A stretch of DNA of 32,000 nucleotides from Haloferax volcanii DS2 (lineage in GTDB: Archaea > Halobacteriota > Halobacteria > Halobacteriales > Haloferacaceae), in the NCBI RefSeq assembly GCF_000025685.1, contig NC_013967.1, forward strand, positions 2,340,001-2,372,000, in the 5' to 3' direction. A program made the translations under genes and the position numbers. The notes under the pieces are model-generated. The model was not told the DNA's origin and made no database searches. It was given only the letters and a program-made list of their open reading frames with translations. Below, piece by piece: positions 8,691-18,828 of the stretch. Positions within the stretch are counted from its first letter, which is position 1; every line of letters starts with the position of its first letter.

Positions 8691-9863
8691 ATGACCGCCG
8701 TCAAGGACAGCGTCCACGACTACATCTCGCTCGACCCCGTGGCCGCCGAACTGGTCGACACGCCCGCGTTCCAGCGGCTTCGACACATCAAACAGCTCTC
8801 GACGGTCCGGCTCGTCTACCCCTCCGCGAGCCACACGCGGTTCGAACACAGCCTCGGCGTCTACCACCTCGCCTCCCGCGCCCTCTCGCATCTCGGCGTC
8901 GACGGCGACCGCGCCGCCCACGTCCGCGCCGCCGCGCTCCTCCACGACATCGGCCACGGTCCCTACGGCCACCAGACCGAGGACCTCATCCGCCGGCGGA
9001 CCGGCCGCGACCACGACGAGATTCACCACCTGCTCGACGGGACCGCGGTCGGAGACGTGCTGACCGACCACGGTCTCGACCCGGACCGCGTCGCTGACAT
9101 GGTCGACGGCGCGGGCGGCCTCGGGCAGTTGGTCTCCGGGGAGTTGGACGTCGACCGGATGGACTACCTCGTCCGCGACGCCCACCACACCGGCGTCCCC
9201 TACGGCACTATCGACCACGGCCGCCTCGTCCGCGAACTCCGGTACCGGGACGGCGAACTCGTGTTGGCCGAGGGGAACGTCCAGACGGCGGAATCCCTGC
9301 TTCTCGCCCGGGCGCTGATGAACGCGACCGTCTACCGCCACCACGTCTCCCGCATCGCGGGCGCAATGCTCGAACGCGCCTCCGAGCGCCTCGTCGACGA
9401 CGGCGTGCCTATCGAGTCGTTCGTCCGGATGGCCGACCACGACCTGCTCGTCGCCCTCGGCGAGCGCGTGCCCGACCTCGGCCGCCGAATCGAGCGCCGC
9501 GACCTCTACAAGCGGGCCGTCTGGGCACCAATCGACGCCGTGCCGACCGACGTGGTCGAACTCGGTTTCGAGGGGACGCGGGCGGCCGAGCGGGACATCG
9601 CCGACGCCGCCGACGTGCCGCCCGAGTCGGTCATCGTGGACGCCCCGTCGCGGCCGCGAATCAAGGAGTCCCGGTCGCGCGTCGTCGTCAACGGCGTCGT
9701 CCGACGCCTCGAAGACGCCTCCGAACTCGTGGGCGCGCTCCGGTCGGCCGAGCGGACGCAGTGGCGACTCGGCGTCTACGCGCCCGAAGCAGTCCGCGAC
9801 GAGGTGGCCGCGGCCGCCGTGGACGCCCTCGGACTTCCGGTTCGCGTGACGACGCCCACCTGA
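8691..9863 (+). CDS. HD-domain phosphohydrolase, SAMHD1/dNTP-triphosphohydrolase-like (paralog 1)
   Basis: Start MTAVKDSVHDY inside ORF 7707..9863. Motifs TRFEHSLGV, LLHDIGHGPYGH and DVDRMDYLVRDAHHTG. TATA-like CTATTTGAT lies 28-30 nt upstream of ATG 8691. Confidence 0.88.
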   Translation: MTAVKDSVHDYISLDPVAAELVDTPAFQRLRHIKQLSTVRLVYPSASHTRFEHSLGVYHLASRALSHLGVDGDRAAHVRAAALLHDIGHGPYGHQTEDLIRRRTGRDHDEIHHLLDGTAVGDVLTDHGLDPDRVADMVDGAGGLGQLVSGELDVDRMDYLVRDAHHTGVPYGTIDHGRLVRELRYRDGELVLAEGNVQTAESLLLARALMNATVYRHHVSRIAGAMLERASERLVDDGVPIESFVRMADHDLLVALGERVPDLGRRIERRDLYKRAVWAPIDAVPTDVVELGFEGTRAAERDIADAADVPPESVIVDAPSRPRIKESRSRVVVNGVVRRLEDASELVGALRSAERTQWRLGVYAPEAVRDEVAAAAVDALGLPVRVTTPT

Positions 9864-9880
9864 GAGCGGAGGCATACCGC

Positions 9881-9910
9881 CCCACCCCAGCCCACCCCAC
9901 TCTACCCCAC
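9881..9910. repeat. Three tandem C-rich decamers (cccaccccag cccaccccac tctaccccac); G4 motif on minus strand
   Basis: ACCCCA recurs with an exact 10-nt period. The complement contains GGGG-N6-GGGG-N1-GGG-N2-GGGG-N1-GGGG. Confidence 0.7.
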
Positions 9911-9915
9911 CGACC

Positions 9916-9923
9916 TTTTTCAC
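9916..9923 (+). promoter_or_regulatory. TATA-like TTTTTCAC box for HD paralog 2; its T5 may also terminate paralog 1
   Basis: 31 nt upstream of ATG 9947. Confidence 0.4.
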
Positions 9924-9946
9924 CGATGGCGGCCGATTCACCCACA

Positions 9947-11167
9947 ATGACGACCATCAAGGACAGCGTCCACGACCACATCGAGGTCGAGGGCGCGGCC
10001 GAAGCCCTCCTCGATACGCCGGAGATGCAGCACCTCCGGCACATCAAGCAGTTGGGAACCGTCCAGCTGGTCTACCCTTCCGCGAACCACACGCGGTTCG
10101 AACACAGCCTCGGCGTCTACCACCTCGCCTCCCGCGCCCTCTCGCATCTCGGCATCGAGGGCGACGCCGCCGCCCACGTCGAGGCCGCGGCGCTCCTCCA
10201 CGACGTCGGCCACGGCCCGTACAGCCACAACATCGAGGACGTGACCCATCGCCACACCGGCAAGTACCACGACGACGTGGAGGGACTCGTCGCCCGCGGG
10301 ACCGTCGGTGAGACGCTGGAGGACGAGGGGCTGGACCCCGAACGCGTCGCCGCCTTGGTCGAGGGCGACGGCGAGTTCGGTCAACTCGTCTCCGGGGAGT
10401 TGGACGTAGACCGGATGGACTACCTCGTCCGCGACGCCCACCACACCGGCGTCCCCTACGGCACTATCGACCACGAGCGCCTGATTCGAGAGCTGACGTT
10501 CGTCGACGGCGAGTTGGTCCTCGCGGAGGGGAACGTTCAGACCGCCGAGTCGCTGCTTCTCGCCCGCGCGCTCATGAACCCGACCGTCTACCAGCACCAC
10601 GTCGCGCGCATCTCGAAGGCGATGCTCCGGCGCGCGTCGGAGAGACTGCTCGACGAGGACATCGACGCCGAGGAGCTTCGCCGGATGGACGACCCCGACC
10701 TGCTCGTCGCGCTCCGCCTCACCGACTCGACGAGCGCCTTCGCCGAGCGGCTGGCCACCCGCGACCTCTACAAGCGGGCCGTCTGGGCGGAGCTGCCGAA
10801 CGTCCCCGACTCGATTATCGACGCCGAACACGACGCGCTCGCGGCGTTCGAGCGGGACATCGCCGCCGCCGCCGACGTGTCGCCCGAGTCGGTCATCCTC
10901 GACGTGCCCTCGCGCCCGTCGATGACCGAGTCGTCGTCGCGGGTGATGGTCAACGGCGAGATGCGGCAGTTGGAGCGCGAGTCGCCGCTCGTGCAGGCGC
11001 TCCGGACCGCACAGGAACAGCAGTGGCGACTCGGCGTCTACGCCCCGCGCGAGGAGACGGAGCGCGTCGGCCGCGCGGCCGCCGACGTTCTCGGCCTCGA
11101 CGTGGACGGTGCGCTCGTCGCCGAGGTCAGAAGCGGCCTCAACGCGACGCTCGACGAGTTCGAGTAG
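9947..11167 (+). CDS. HD-domain phosphohydrolase, SAMHD1/dNTP-triphosphohydrolase-like (paralog 2)
   Basis: Start MTTIKDSVHDH aligns with paralog 1 and carries the same HD motifs. TTTTTCAC box at 9916-9923 is 31 nt upstream, which favours ATG 9947 over ATG 9926. Confidence 0.88.
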   Translation: MTTIKDSVHDHIEVEGAAEALLDTPEMQHLRHIKQLGTVQLVYPSANHTRFEHSLGVYHLASRALSHLGIEGDAAAHVEAAALLHDVGHGPYSHNIEDVTHRHTGKYHDDVEGLVARGTVGETLEDEGLDPERVAALVEGDGEFGQLVSGELDVDRMDYLVRDAHHTGVPYGTIDHERLIRELTFVDGELVLAEGNVQTAESLLLARALMNPTVYQHHVARISKAMLRRASERLLDEDIDAEELRRMDDPDLLVALRLTDSTSAFAERLATRDLYKRAVWAELPNVPDSIIDAEHDALAAFERDIAAAADVSPESVILDVPSRPSMTESSSRVMVNGEMRQLERESPLVQALRTAQEQQWRLGVYAPREETERVGRAAADVLGLDVDGALVAEVRSGLNATLDEFE

Positions 11168-11219
11168 CCGCCGTCCCGAGACGGGAGGTTCAAGCACCGC
11201 CGAGACGCAGTCGAGAGCG

Positions 11220-12233
11220 ATGCAACTCGAGGGTACGATACTCCGCGGCCGCGACTTCGACCCGGTCGAGGGGCGGGTCGTCGTCGAAGAGGGCACGATA
11301 ACCGCAATCGAGGAGACAGCGACCGAGTCGACGGACATCATCCTGCCCGCGTTCGTCAACGCCCACACCCACCTCGGTGACTCCATCGCCAAGGAGGCCG
11401 GCGAGGGGCTGTCGCTCGAAGACCTCGTCGCGCCGCCGGACGGGCTGAAACACCGGCTCCTCCGCGCAGCCAGCACCGGGGAGAAAGCCGCCGCGATGCA
11501 CCGGTCGCTCCGCATGATGGAGGCCGGCGGCACGGCGGCCTGTCTGGAGTTCCGCGAGGGCGGCGTCGAGGGCGTCGACGTCATCCGGCGGGCGCTCGAC
11601 GGCCGCGACATCGAGGCGGTCGTTTTCGGGCGCGAGACGGCGGACGCGATGGAAATCGCAGACGGCTTCGGCGCGTCGGGCGCGCGGGACGGCGAGTTCG
11701 GCGCGCTTCGGAACGCGACCGAGGCCGCCGGAAAGCTGTTCGGCATCCACGCGGGCGAGCGCGACGCCCACGACATCAACGCCGCGTTGGACCTCGACCC
11801 GGACTTCCTCGTCCACATGGTCCACCCCGAGGCGCTCCACCTCGAACGCGTCGAGGACAGCGAGATACCCATCGTCATCTGCCCGCGGTCGAACCTCGTC
11901 ACCGACGCGGGCGTCGCGCCGATTCGCGAACTGGTCGACCGCACCACCGTCGCGCTCGGCACGGACAACGTGATGCTCAACAGCCCCTCGATGTTCCGCG
12001 AGATGGAGTTCACCTCCAAGCTGGCGGACGTTTCCGCCGCCGAGGTCCTCCGCATGGCGACCGTCAACGGGGCCGACATCGCCGGGCTGAACTACGGCCT
12101 CGTCGAGGAGGGGCGCGACGCCAAGCTTCTGGTCCTCGACGGCGACACGGACAACCTCGCGGGCGTCGAGGACGTGGTCCGCGCCGTCGTCCGCCGCGCC
12201 GGACAGGCGGACGTGAAAGACGTGTATCTCTGA
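11220..12233 (+). CDS. Metal-dependent amidohydrolase (chlorohydrolase/deaminase-like family)
   Basis: 337 aa. PAFVNAHTHLGDS is the HxH metal-binding motif of the amidohydrolase superfamily; a C-terminal GTDN motif is also present. Confidence 0.83.
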   Translation: MQLEGTILRGRDFDPVEGRVVVEEGTITAIEETATESTDIILPAFVNAHTHLGDSIAKEAGEGLSLEDLVAPPDGLKHRLLRAASTGEKAAAMHRSLRMMEAGGTAACLEFREGGVEGVDVIRRALDGRDIEAVVFGRETADAMEIADGFGASGARDGEFGALRNATEAAGKLFGIHAGERDAHDINAALDLDPDFLVHMVHPEALHLERVEDSEIPIVICPRSNLVTDAGVAPIRELVDRTTVALGTDNVMLNSPSMFREMEFTSKLADVSAAEVLRMATVNGADIAGLNYGLVEEGRDAKLLVLDGDTDNLAGVEDVVRAVVRRAGQADVKDVYL

Positions 12234-12261
12234 GCCGGGCAGCGGACGCATCGCCGGCTCA
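12231..12261 (+). terminator. 8-bp hairpin (tgagccgg/ccggctca) beginning at the amidohydrolase stop codon
   Basis: Read directly. No T-tract follows, so a terminator role is uncertain. Confidence 0.25.
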
Positions 12262-12386
12262 CGACCGCCGACCCGCGACCGTCGGCCGTTGGGCCGCGAA
12301 ACGCTCACGAACGCCGACCTATTCTCGCAGTACTCCTCCCGTAGCAAAGGGTTATTACCGACCCGGGGGGTATGTTATCAAGTGTC

Positions 12387-12956
12387 ATGATGTTGTACGA
12401 CCGAATCATCGTTCCCATCGACGGTTCCGCCGGCTCCGAGCGCGTCGCGGTCCACGCGGCGGCGTTAGCGGCCGTCCACGGTGCGGAACTCCACGGTGTG
12501 TACGTGGTGAACGCCGGGAGCTTCGCGGGGCTCCCGATGGAATCGTCGTGGGAGGGGCTCGACGACATGCTGCGCGCCGACGCCGAAGCGGCGCTCGACA
12601 AAGTCGAGCGCGCGGCCGAGTCGCAGGGCGTCCCCGTCGAGACGCACGTCCTCGAAGGGACGCCGAGCCGCGAAATCGTCGAGTTCGCCGAGCGCGGCGA
12701 GTGCGACCTCATCGTGATAGGGACCCACGGGCGCGGCGGCATCGACCGCCTCCTCCTCGGCTCGGTCGCAGAAAAGGTCGTCCGCGCGTCGAAAGTTCCC
12801 GTCCTGACCGTCCGCATCGAGGGCGGCGACGACGCGGACGAGCACGCCGTCGAGGTGCCGGACGACGCTGCGCCGGAGACGCCCATCGATTCGCCCGCAG
12901 AGGCGGAGGCGGACGCGCCCGCCGATTCGACGGCGACCGCCGACGGCGGAGAGTAG
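12387..12956 (+). CDS. Universal stress protein (UspA family) with acidic C-terminal tail
   Basis: YDRIIVPIDGS ... DLIVIGTHGRGGIDRLLLGSVAEKVVRASKVPVLTV. Start uncertain (ATG at 12372, 12387 or 12390); the TTATTA box at 12352-12357 favours 12387/12390. Confidence 0.82.
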   Translation: MMLYDRIIVPIDGSAGSERVAVHAAALAAVHGAELHGVYVVNAGSFAGLPMESSWEGLDDMLRADAEAALDKVERAAESQGVPVETHVLEGTPSREIVEFAERGECDLIVIGTHGRGGIDRLLLGSVAEKVVRASKVPVLTVRIEGGDDADEHAVEVPDDAAPETPIDSPAEAEADAPADSTATADGGE

Positions 12957-12995
12957 CGGAACAGCAGAAACAGCGGTGCAGGTTCGGTCGCGGAT

Positions 12996-14000
12996 TCAGC
13001 GCCCGTCGTCGGCCGGGCGCAGGTGTTCGCAGTCGCCGGCGTGGACTCGTTTTTCGCCCGCGTCGGTGCTGACGACGAGCGTGCCGGGGTGTTCGATATC
13101 GACGGCGTCGCCCTCGATGACGCCGCTCGCGGTGTGGACGCGGACCCGCCTGCCGAGCGTGTCCGCCCGCTCGCGCCACGCGGGGAGGACGGCGTCGAGG
13201 TCGCTGCGCAGTGCGTCGAAGCGTTCGAGCACCCGCTGGACGAACACGCGACGCTCGACGGGGCCGGCCTCGGCGGCGACGCTCGTCGCGACCTCGGGGA
13301 GCTCCGCGGGGTCGAGGTTGACGTTGACTCCGGGGCCGATGACGAGCCACGAGACGCGGTCGGCCTCGCCCTCCATCTCGGTGAGGATGCCGCAGAGCTT
13401 TCGGTAGCCGCGGTCGTCGGGCGCGTCGGCGTCGGTCGAACGGTCACCGGCGTGAGCCGGTGAACCTCCGCTCGCTTCGCTCACGATGACGTCGTTCGGC
13501 CACTTGATTTTCGCGTCAACCCCGGCCTCGCGCGCCGCGTCGCAGACGGCGACGGCCATCGCCAGCGTGTACAGCGGGGCGTACGCCGGCGGTTCGTCCG
13601 GGCGGACGAGCAGACTCAGCCAGACGCCGCCGTCCGGCGCGGACCACTCCCGGTTTTTCCTGCCTCTGCTGGCGGTCTGCTCGCGGGCGACGACGACCAC
13701 GTCGCTCGCGCCCTCGGCGGCGAGGTCGCGGGCGCGGTCGTTCGAGGAGTCGAGCGTCTCGTGGAACTCCACGTCGTAGTCGGCGTCGAGGCCGTACTCG
13801 ATTGCCGGGGCGCCGTACTCCGGCACGTCGGTGACGACGTAGCCGTCGCCGGCGCTCTCGACGCCGAACCCCTCGTCGCGGAGCGCTTCGACGTGCTTCC
13901 AGACGGCGGCGCGGGAGACGCCCAGTCGGTCGGCGAGGTCGGGCCCGGAGACGGGGCCCGCAGCGAGTGCGTCGAGGAGGGTGCGTCGCGTGTCGCTCAT
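12996..14000 (-). CDS. birA: Biotin--[acetyl-CoA-carboxylase] ligase with N-terminal HTH (BirA)
   Basis: 334 aa with an N-terminal wHTH (LADRLGVSRAAVWKHVEALRDEG) and the ligase motif ASRGRKNREWSAPDGGVWLSLLVRP. Confidence 0.9.
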   Translation of the reverse strand: MSDTRRTLLDALAAGPVSGPDLADRLGVSRAAVWKHVEALRDEGFGVESAGDGYVVTDVPEYGAPAIEYGLDADYDVEFHETLDSSNDRARDLAAEGASDVVVVAREQTASRGRKNREWSAPDGGVWLSLLVRPDEPPAYAPLYTLAMAVAVCDAAREAGVDAKIKWPNDVIVSEASGGSPAHAGDRSTDADAPDDRGYRKLCGILTEMEGEADRVSWLVIGPGVNVNLDPAELPEVATSVAAEAGPVERRVFVQRVLERFDALRSDLDAVLPAWRERADTLGRRVRVHTASGVIEGDAVDIEHPGTLVVSTDAGEKRVHAGDCEHLRPADDGR

Positions 14001-14068
14001 GGTGGTCGGTACCGGCGCACGGGAAAAGAGGTTCGCGGTTCAGCGTTGGGTTCGACGCTCCGAGCCGA

Positions 14069-15868
<1,800 letters not shown>

Positions 15869-16065
15869 TTGCGGTAGTCTTTCAGGGAACCACACGTTAT
15901 TCTATCGATTTTCCCAACGCACGTCGGTGGCCGATTCGACAGACGACGATTTACGTGTTCGACCGTGAAGGAACGGCCGAGATTACAGTTCTCTGGCACT
16001 ATACGCCGCGAATACTGGTTCAAATCCAAACGGCCTTATGCGTGTGCCACACTACGACACGGGTA

Positions 16066-17100
16066 ATGGCAGTACGAGTCGGCATCCTCGGTGCAACCGG
16101 CGCAGTCGGACAGCGATTCATCCAGCTTCTCGACGACCACCCAACGTTCGAACTCGCGGCGCTGACCGCGAGCGAAGAGAGCGCGGGCAAGCGATACGAC
16201 GAGGCCGCGAAGTGGCGCGTCAACACGCCCATCCCGGACGACGTGGCCGCGATGGAAGTCGGCAGCACCGACCCCGCGGCCGTGCCCGATGACATCGACC
16301 TCCTGTTTTCGTCGCTCCCGTCGTCGGTCGCCGCCGAGGTCGAACCCGCGTTCCTCGAAGCGGGCTACGTCGTCTCCTCGAACTCCTCGAACGACCGCAT
16401 GGCCCCCGACGTGCCGCTCACGATTCCGGAGATAAATCCGGAGCACCTCGACCTCATCGAGGTCCAGCGCGACGAGCGCGGCTGGGACGGCGCGCTCGTG
16501 AAGAACCCGAACTGCTCGACCATCACGATGGTCCCGACGCTCGCCGCGCTCGACCAGTTCGGCCTCGAACGCGTCGACGTCACGACCCTCCAAGCCGTCT
16601 CCGGCGCGGGCTACGACGGCGTCACCTCGATGGAGATTATCGACAACGCCATCCCGCACATCGGCGGCGAAGACGAGAAGATGGAGACGGAGTCCCGCAA
16701 GCTTCTGGGCTCGTTCGACGGCGCGGAGGTCGCGCTCCACGGCGCGGAGGTCAACGCCTCGTGTAACCGCATTCCGACGCTCGACGGCCACCTCGAAAGC
16801 GTCTTCGCGGACCTCGCCGACGACGCCTCCCCCGAGGACGTCGCCGCCGCGATGCGCGAGTACCCCGGCGTCGACCTCCCGAGCGCGCCCGAACAGCTCA
16901 TCCACGTCTTCGAGGACGAGTTCCGCCCGCAGCCCCGCCTCGACCGCGACCGCGGCGACGGGATGCAGATTTCGGCCGGCGGCATCCAGTCGACCGACCA
17001 CGGCGTGAAGTACAACTGCCTCGCGCACAACACGATTCGCGGCGCGGCCGGCGCGTCGGTCCTCAACGGCGAACTGCTCGCCCAAGAGGGCTGGATTTAG
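16066..17100 (+). CDS. asd: Aspartate-semialdehyde dehydrogenase
   Basis: MAVRVGILGATGAVGQRF Rossmann N-terminus and the NPNCSTI active-site Cys motif. TATA-like CTTATG lies 30 nt upstream of ATG 16066. Confidence 0.92.
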   Translation: MAVRVGILGATGAVGQRFIQLLDDHPTFELAALTASEESAGKRYDEAAKWRVNTPIPDDVAAMEVGSTDPAAVPDDIDLLFSSLPSSVAAEVEPAFLEAGYVVSSNSSNDRMAPDVPLTIPEINPEHLDLIEVQRDERGWDGALVKNPNCSTITMVPTLAALDQFGLERVDVTTLQAVSGAGYDGVTSMEIIDNAIPHIGGEDEKMETESRKLLGSFDGAEVALHGAEVNASCNRIPTLDGHLESVFADLADDASPEDVAAAMREYPGVDLPSAPEQLIHVFEDEFRPQPRLDRDRGDGMQISAGGIQSTDHGVKYNCLAHNTIRGAAGASVLNGELLAQEGWI

Positions 17101-17211
17101 GCTCTCCTCGCCCGTCGGCGTCGCTTCCGGGCCGGCGCTCGGCGTCGCCGCCGACGCCGTTCCCGCTCGAATTAGACAGCGTTTTCCCCCGACGCCGACA
17201 GAGCGTGTCGC

Positions 17212-17734
17212 ATGTCTCGTCGCGGCCTCGAAACGGGGCTCTCCGCCGGCCTGCTCGTCGCCGCGCTCGGCGGCGTCGCGTGGGCCACCGGCCAGCCGTT
17301 CGTCTTTCCGAGCCTCGGCCCCACGGCGTTCGCGCTGGCGTTTCGGCGGCGCGGCACGCGCCCCCGCTCGACTCGCATCGTCGGCGGCCACGCCGTCGGT
17401 GCCGTCGTCGCCTTCGCGGCCTACGCGCTCATCGCCTCCGGCGTGACGATTAGCCCGTCACTGTCGGTCGCATCGACGGACACGTTGCGGTTCGTCACGA
17501 GCGGTGCCATCTCGGTTGCCGCGACGAGTTGGGGGGATGGTCGAACTCGACGCGGTCCACCCGCCGGCGTGCGCGACGACGCTCATCGTCTCGCTCGGCC
17601 TGCTCTCGACGCCGCAGTCGGTCGCGACCATCGTCGCGAGCGTCGTGATTCTCGTAGGGGCACATCAGGTGGCGGACGCGATGCTCACCGAGATGTACGG
17701 AGACGACCCCGCCGACATGGGCGCGAGGAGCTGA
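17212..17734 (+). pseudogene. HPP-family membrane protein interrupted by a +1 frameshift in a G6 run (17531-17536)
   Basis: Frame 1 (17212..) encodes the N-terminal half (FVFPSLGPTAF...RIVGGHAVGAVVAF). Frame 2 (from about 17533 to 17734) encodes MVELDAVHPPACATTLIVSLG, which contains the HPP motif. Deleting one G restores a single ORF of about 173 aa. Confidence 0.7.
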
Positions 17735-18033
17735 ACTTCGGTCCTCGGAGCCGGTACGCGAACCGGTAGATGCGGGAGAATGGGTGTGTGGTGGGTGACT
17801 GATTCCGTTCGCCACCCCCGATGTGCCTCTGACAGCAGCAAATACTAACTCGTCACCGAGTTACTTATGAATTCTGTGAAACACGTTCGCACCGGGCGCG
17901 CTAGCGTCGCTCGCGCGTACTCGTGACAGTATCCGTTCTCGGGGACGGTCCCCCTCGGCCGATATTCCGCGTCAAGAGACACCGGCGACGACAGGTATAT
18001 GTGGCATGGTCTCAATTGACACGCTGTATCGCT

Positions 18034-18303
18034 ATGAAGCCGTGCCACAGCTGTCAGGCGGTTATCGACGAGTACATCCTGGACAAAAAGCTCGAAGTGC
18101 TGCGCGACCTCACGGTTGACGACTTCAATCTGTGTGCGGACTGCACCACAGTCGTCGCCGATGCGTGCGTGGAATGCGGCGGTGGCGTCTATGTCCCGCG
18201 GGGCGAAACGACGGTCCCCGACTACTGTCCGGCGTGCCGCGCGGACCTCATCCGGCGGACGGGGAGCGACCCCGGCTGGACCTGCGATGCCGTCTCGACC
18301 TGA
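18034..18303 (+). CDS. Small acidic zinc-finger protein with four CxxC motifs
   Basis: 89 aa, MKPCHSCQ...CADC...CVEC...CPAC. Good GC3 codon usage. TATATG box at 17996-18001 upstream. Confidence 0.55.
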   Translation: MKPCHSCQAVIDEYILDKKLEVLRDLTVDDFNLCADCTTVVADACVECGGGVYVPRGETTVPDYCPACRADLIRRTGSDPGWTCDAVST

Positions 18304-18412
18304 ATAGCGGTTCTCGACCGATTTTTTGCGGCTGTTGCCCGTGAGTGACGAGGATTCGGGCTGTTGGTCTCGCAGTCGCTACGAGGTTTTTCTCCGACGA
18401 GAGAGCTGTTGT

Positions 18413-18739
18413 ATGGCTGAAAAGGATATGGTCGAGTTCGTCGAGGAGTGGCAACAGGGCGCGTTTCTCGTCCTTGGTTCGGCGCTCGGCGGCGGCGTCT
18501 CCGCCGTGTTCGCCGGGTCGGTGCTGGCGTTTCTGGCGTTTTCGTATCTGTTCTACGGGAGAGGAGCGTCGGGTGGTGCGGTCGGCCGTCCCGTTGCCAT
18601 CCGAGCCACTCAGTCGATACGTGAACGAACCACCACCGCACTCAGGTACTGCACCGCGAGGCGAGCGAAGCGAGCCCTCGCGGGACGTTTTTGGTCCAGC
18701 TTTTTGCGAGGAGACTGTCGCTCAGAGAGCGACAGTTGA
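18413..18739 (+). CDS. Possible small membrane protein; 3' part doubtful
   Basis: The first ~50 codons (MAEKDMVEFVEEWQQGAFLVLGSALGGGVSAVFAGSVLAFLAFSYLFYG) look coding. The remainder is rich in rare codons and runs through T5 tracts and strong hairpins that look like terminators. Confidence 0.25.
   Translation: MAEKDMVEFVEEWQQGAFLVLGSALGGGVSAVFAGSVLAFLAFSYLFYGRGASGGAVGRPVAIRATQSIRERTTTALRYCTARRAKRALAGRFWSSFLRGDCRSESDS
18655..18705 (+). terminator. Hairpins followed by two T5 tracts (plus-strand terminator zone)
   Basis: Stem cgcgagg/cctcgcg (18655-18661 / 18676-18682), ggac-gtttttg-gtcc, and T5 tracts at 18688-18692 and 18701-18705. Confidence 0.45.
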
Positions 18740-18750
18740 CGAACTAAAAA
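18714..18750 (-). terminator. tRNA-Pro terminator: T5 (minus strand) plus a 10-bp perfect hairpin
   Basis: A5 on the plus strand at 18746-18750 lies 8 nt past the tRNA 3' end. Hairpin actgtcgctc-aga-gagcgacagt at 18714-18736. Confidence 0.5.
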
Positions 18751-18757
18751 GGTGGTA

Positions 18758-18828
18758 TGGGACCGCTGAGAGTCGAACTCAGGTCCTACCGACCCCATCG
18801 GCAGAGGATACCACTACCCCACGGTCCC
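18758..18828 (-). tRNA. tRNA-Pro (anticodon GGG)
   Basis: Reverse complement reads GGGACCGTGGGGTAGTGGTATCCTCTGCCGATGGGGTCGGTAGGACCTGAGTTCGACTCTCAGCGGTCCCA. It has a 7-bp acceptor stem, a D-loop with GG, anticodon stem TGCCG/CGGTA with loop AUGGGGU, a T-arm CTGAG-TTCGACT-CTCAG and discriminator A. No CCA is encoded. Confidence 0.85.

Noticed and set aside
9881-9910. C-rich tandem repeats (here and at 27422-27477) considered as a mini CRISPR array.
   Set aside because: The units are only 10-11 nt with no spacers, no repeat-spacer periodicity of 60-70 nt and no cas genes.
16017-16027. GGTTCAAATCC (tRNA T-loop consensus) in the pccA/asd spacer, and a similar GGTTCGAACCC at 18929-18939.
   Set aside because: The flanking bases do not form a T-stem, and no acceptor, D or anticodon arms can be drawn. 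These are neither tRNAs nor convincing tRNA-fragment att sites.
17845-18048. 67-aa minus-strand ORF in the lower-GC region.
   Set aside because: Poor codon usage and a non-acidic Cys/Arg-rich product. It overlaps the promoter and start of the better-supported zinc-finger gene.
17770-18757. Integrated mobile element at the 3' side of tRNA-Pro.
   Set aside because: No integrase, transposase or viral gene is present, and I could not find a direct repeat of the tRNA 3' half in the window. Only the compositional shift remains, and that is reported as a low-key finding.
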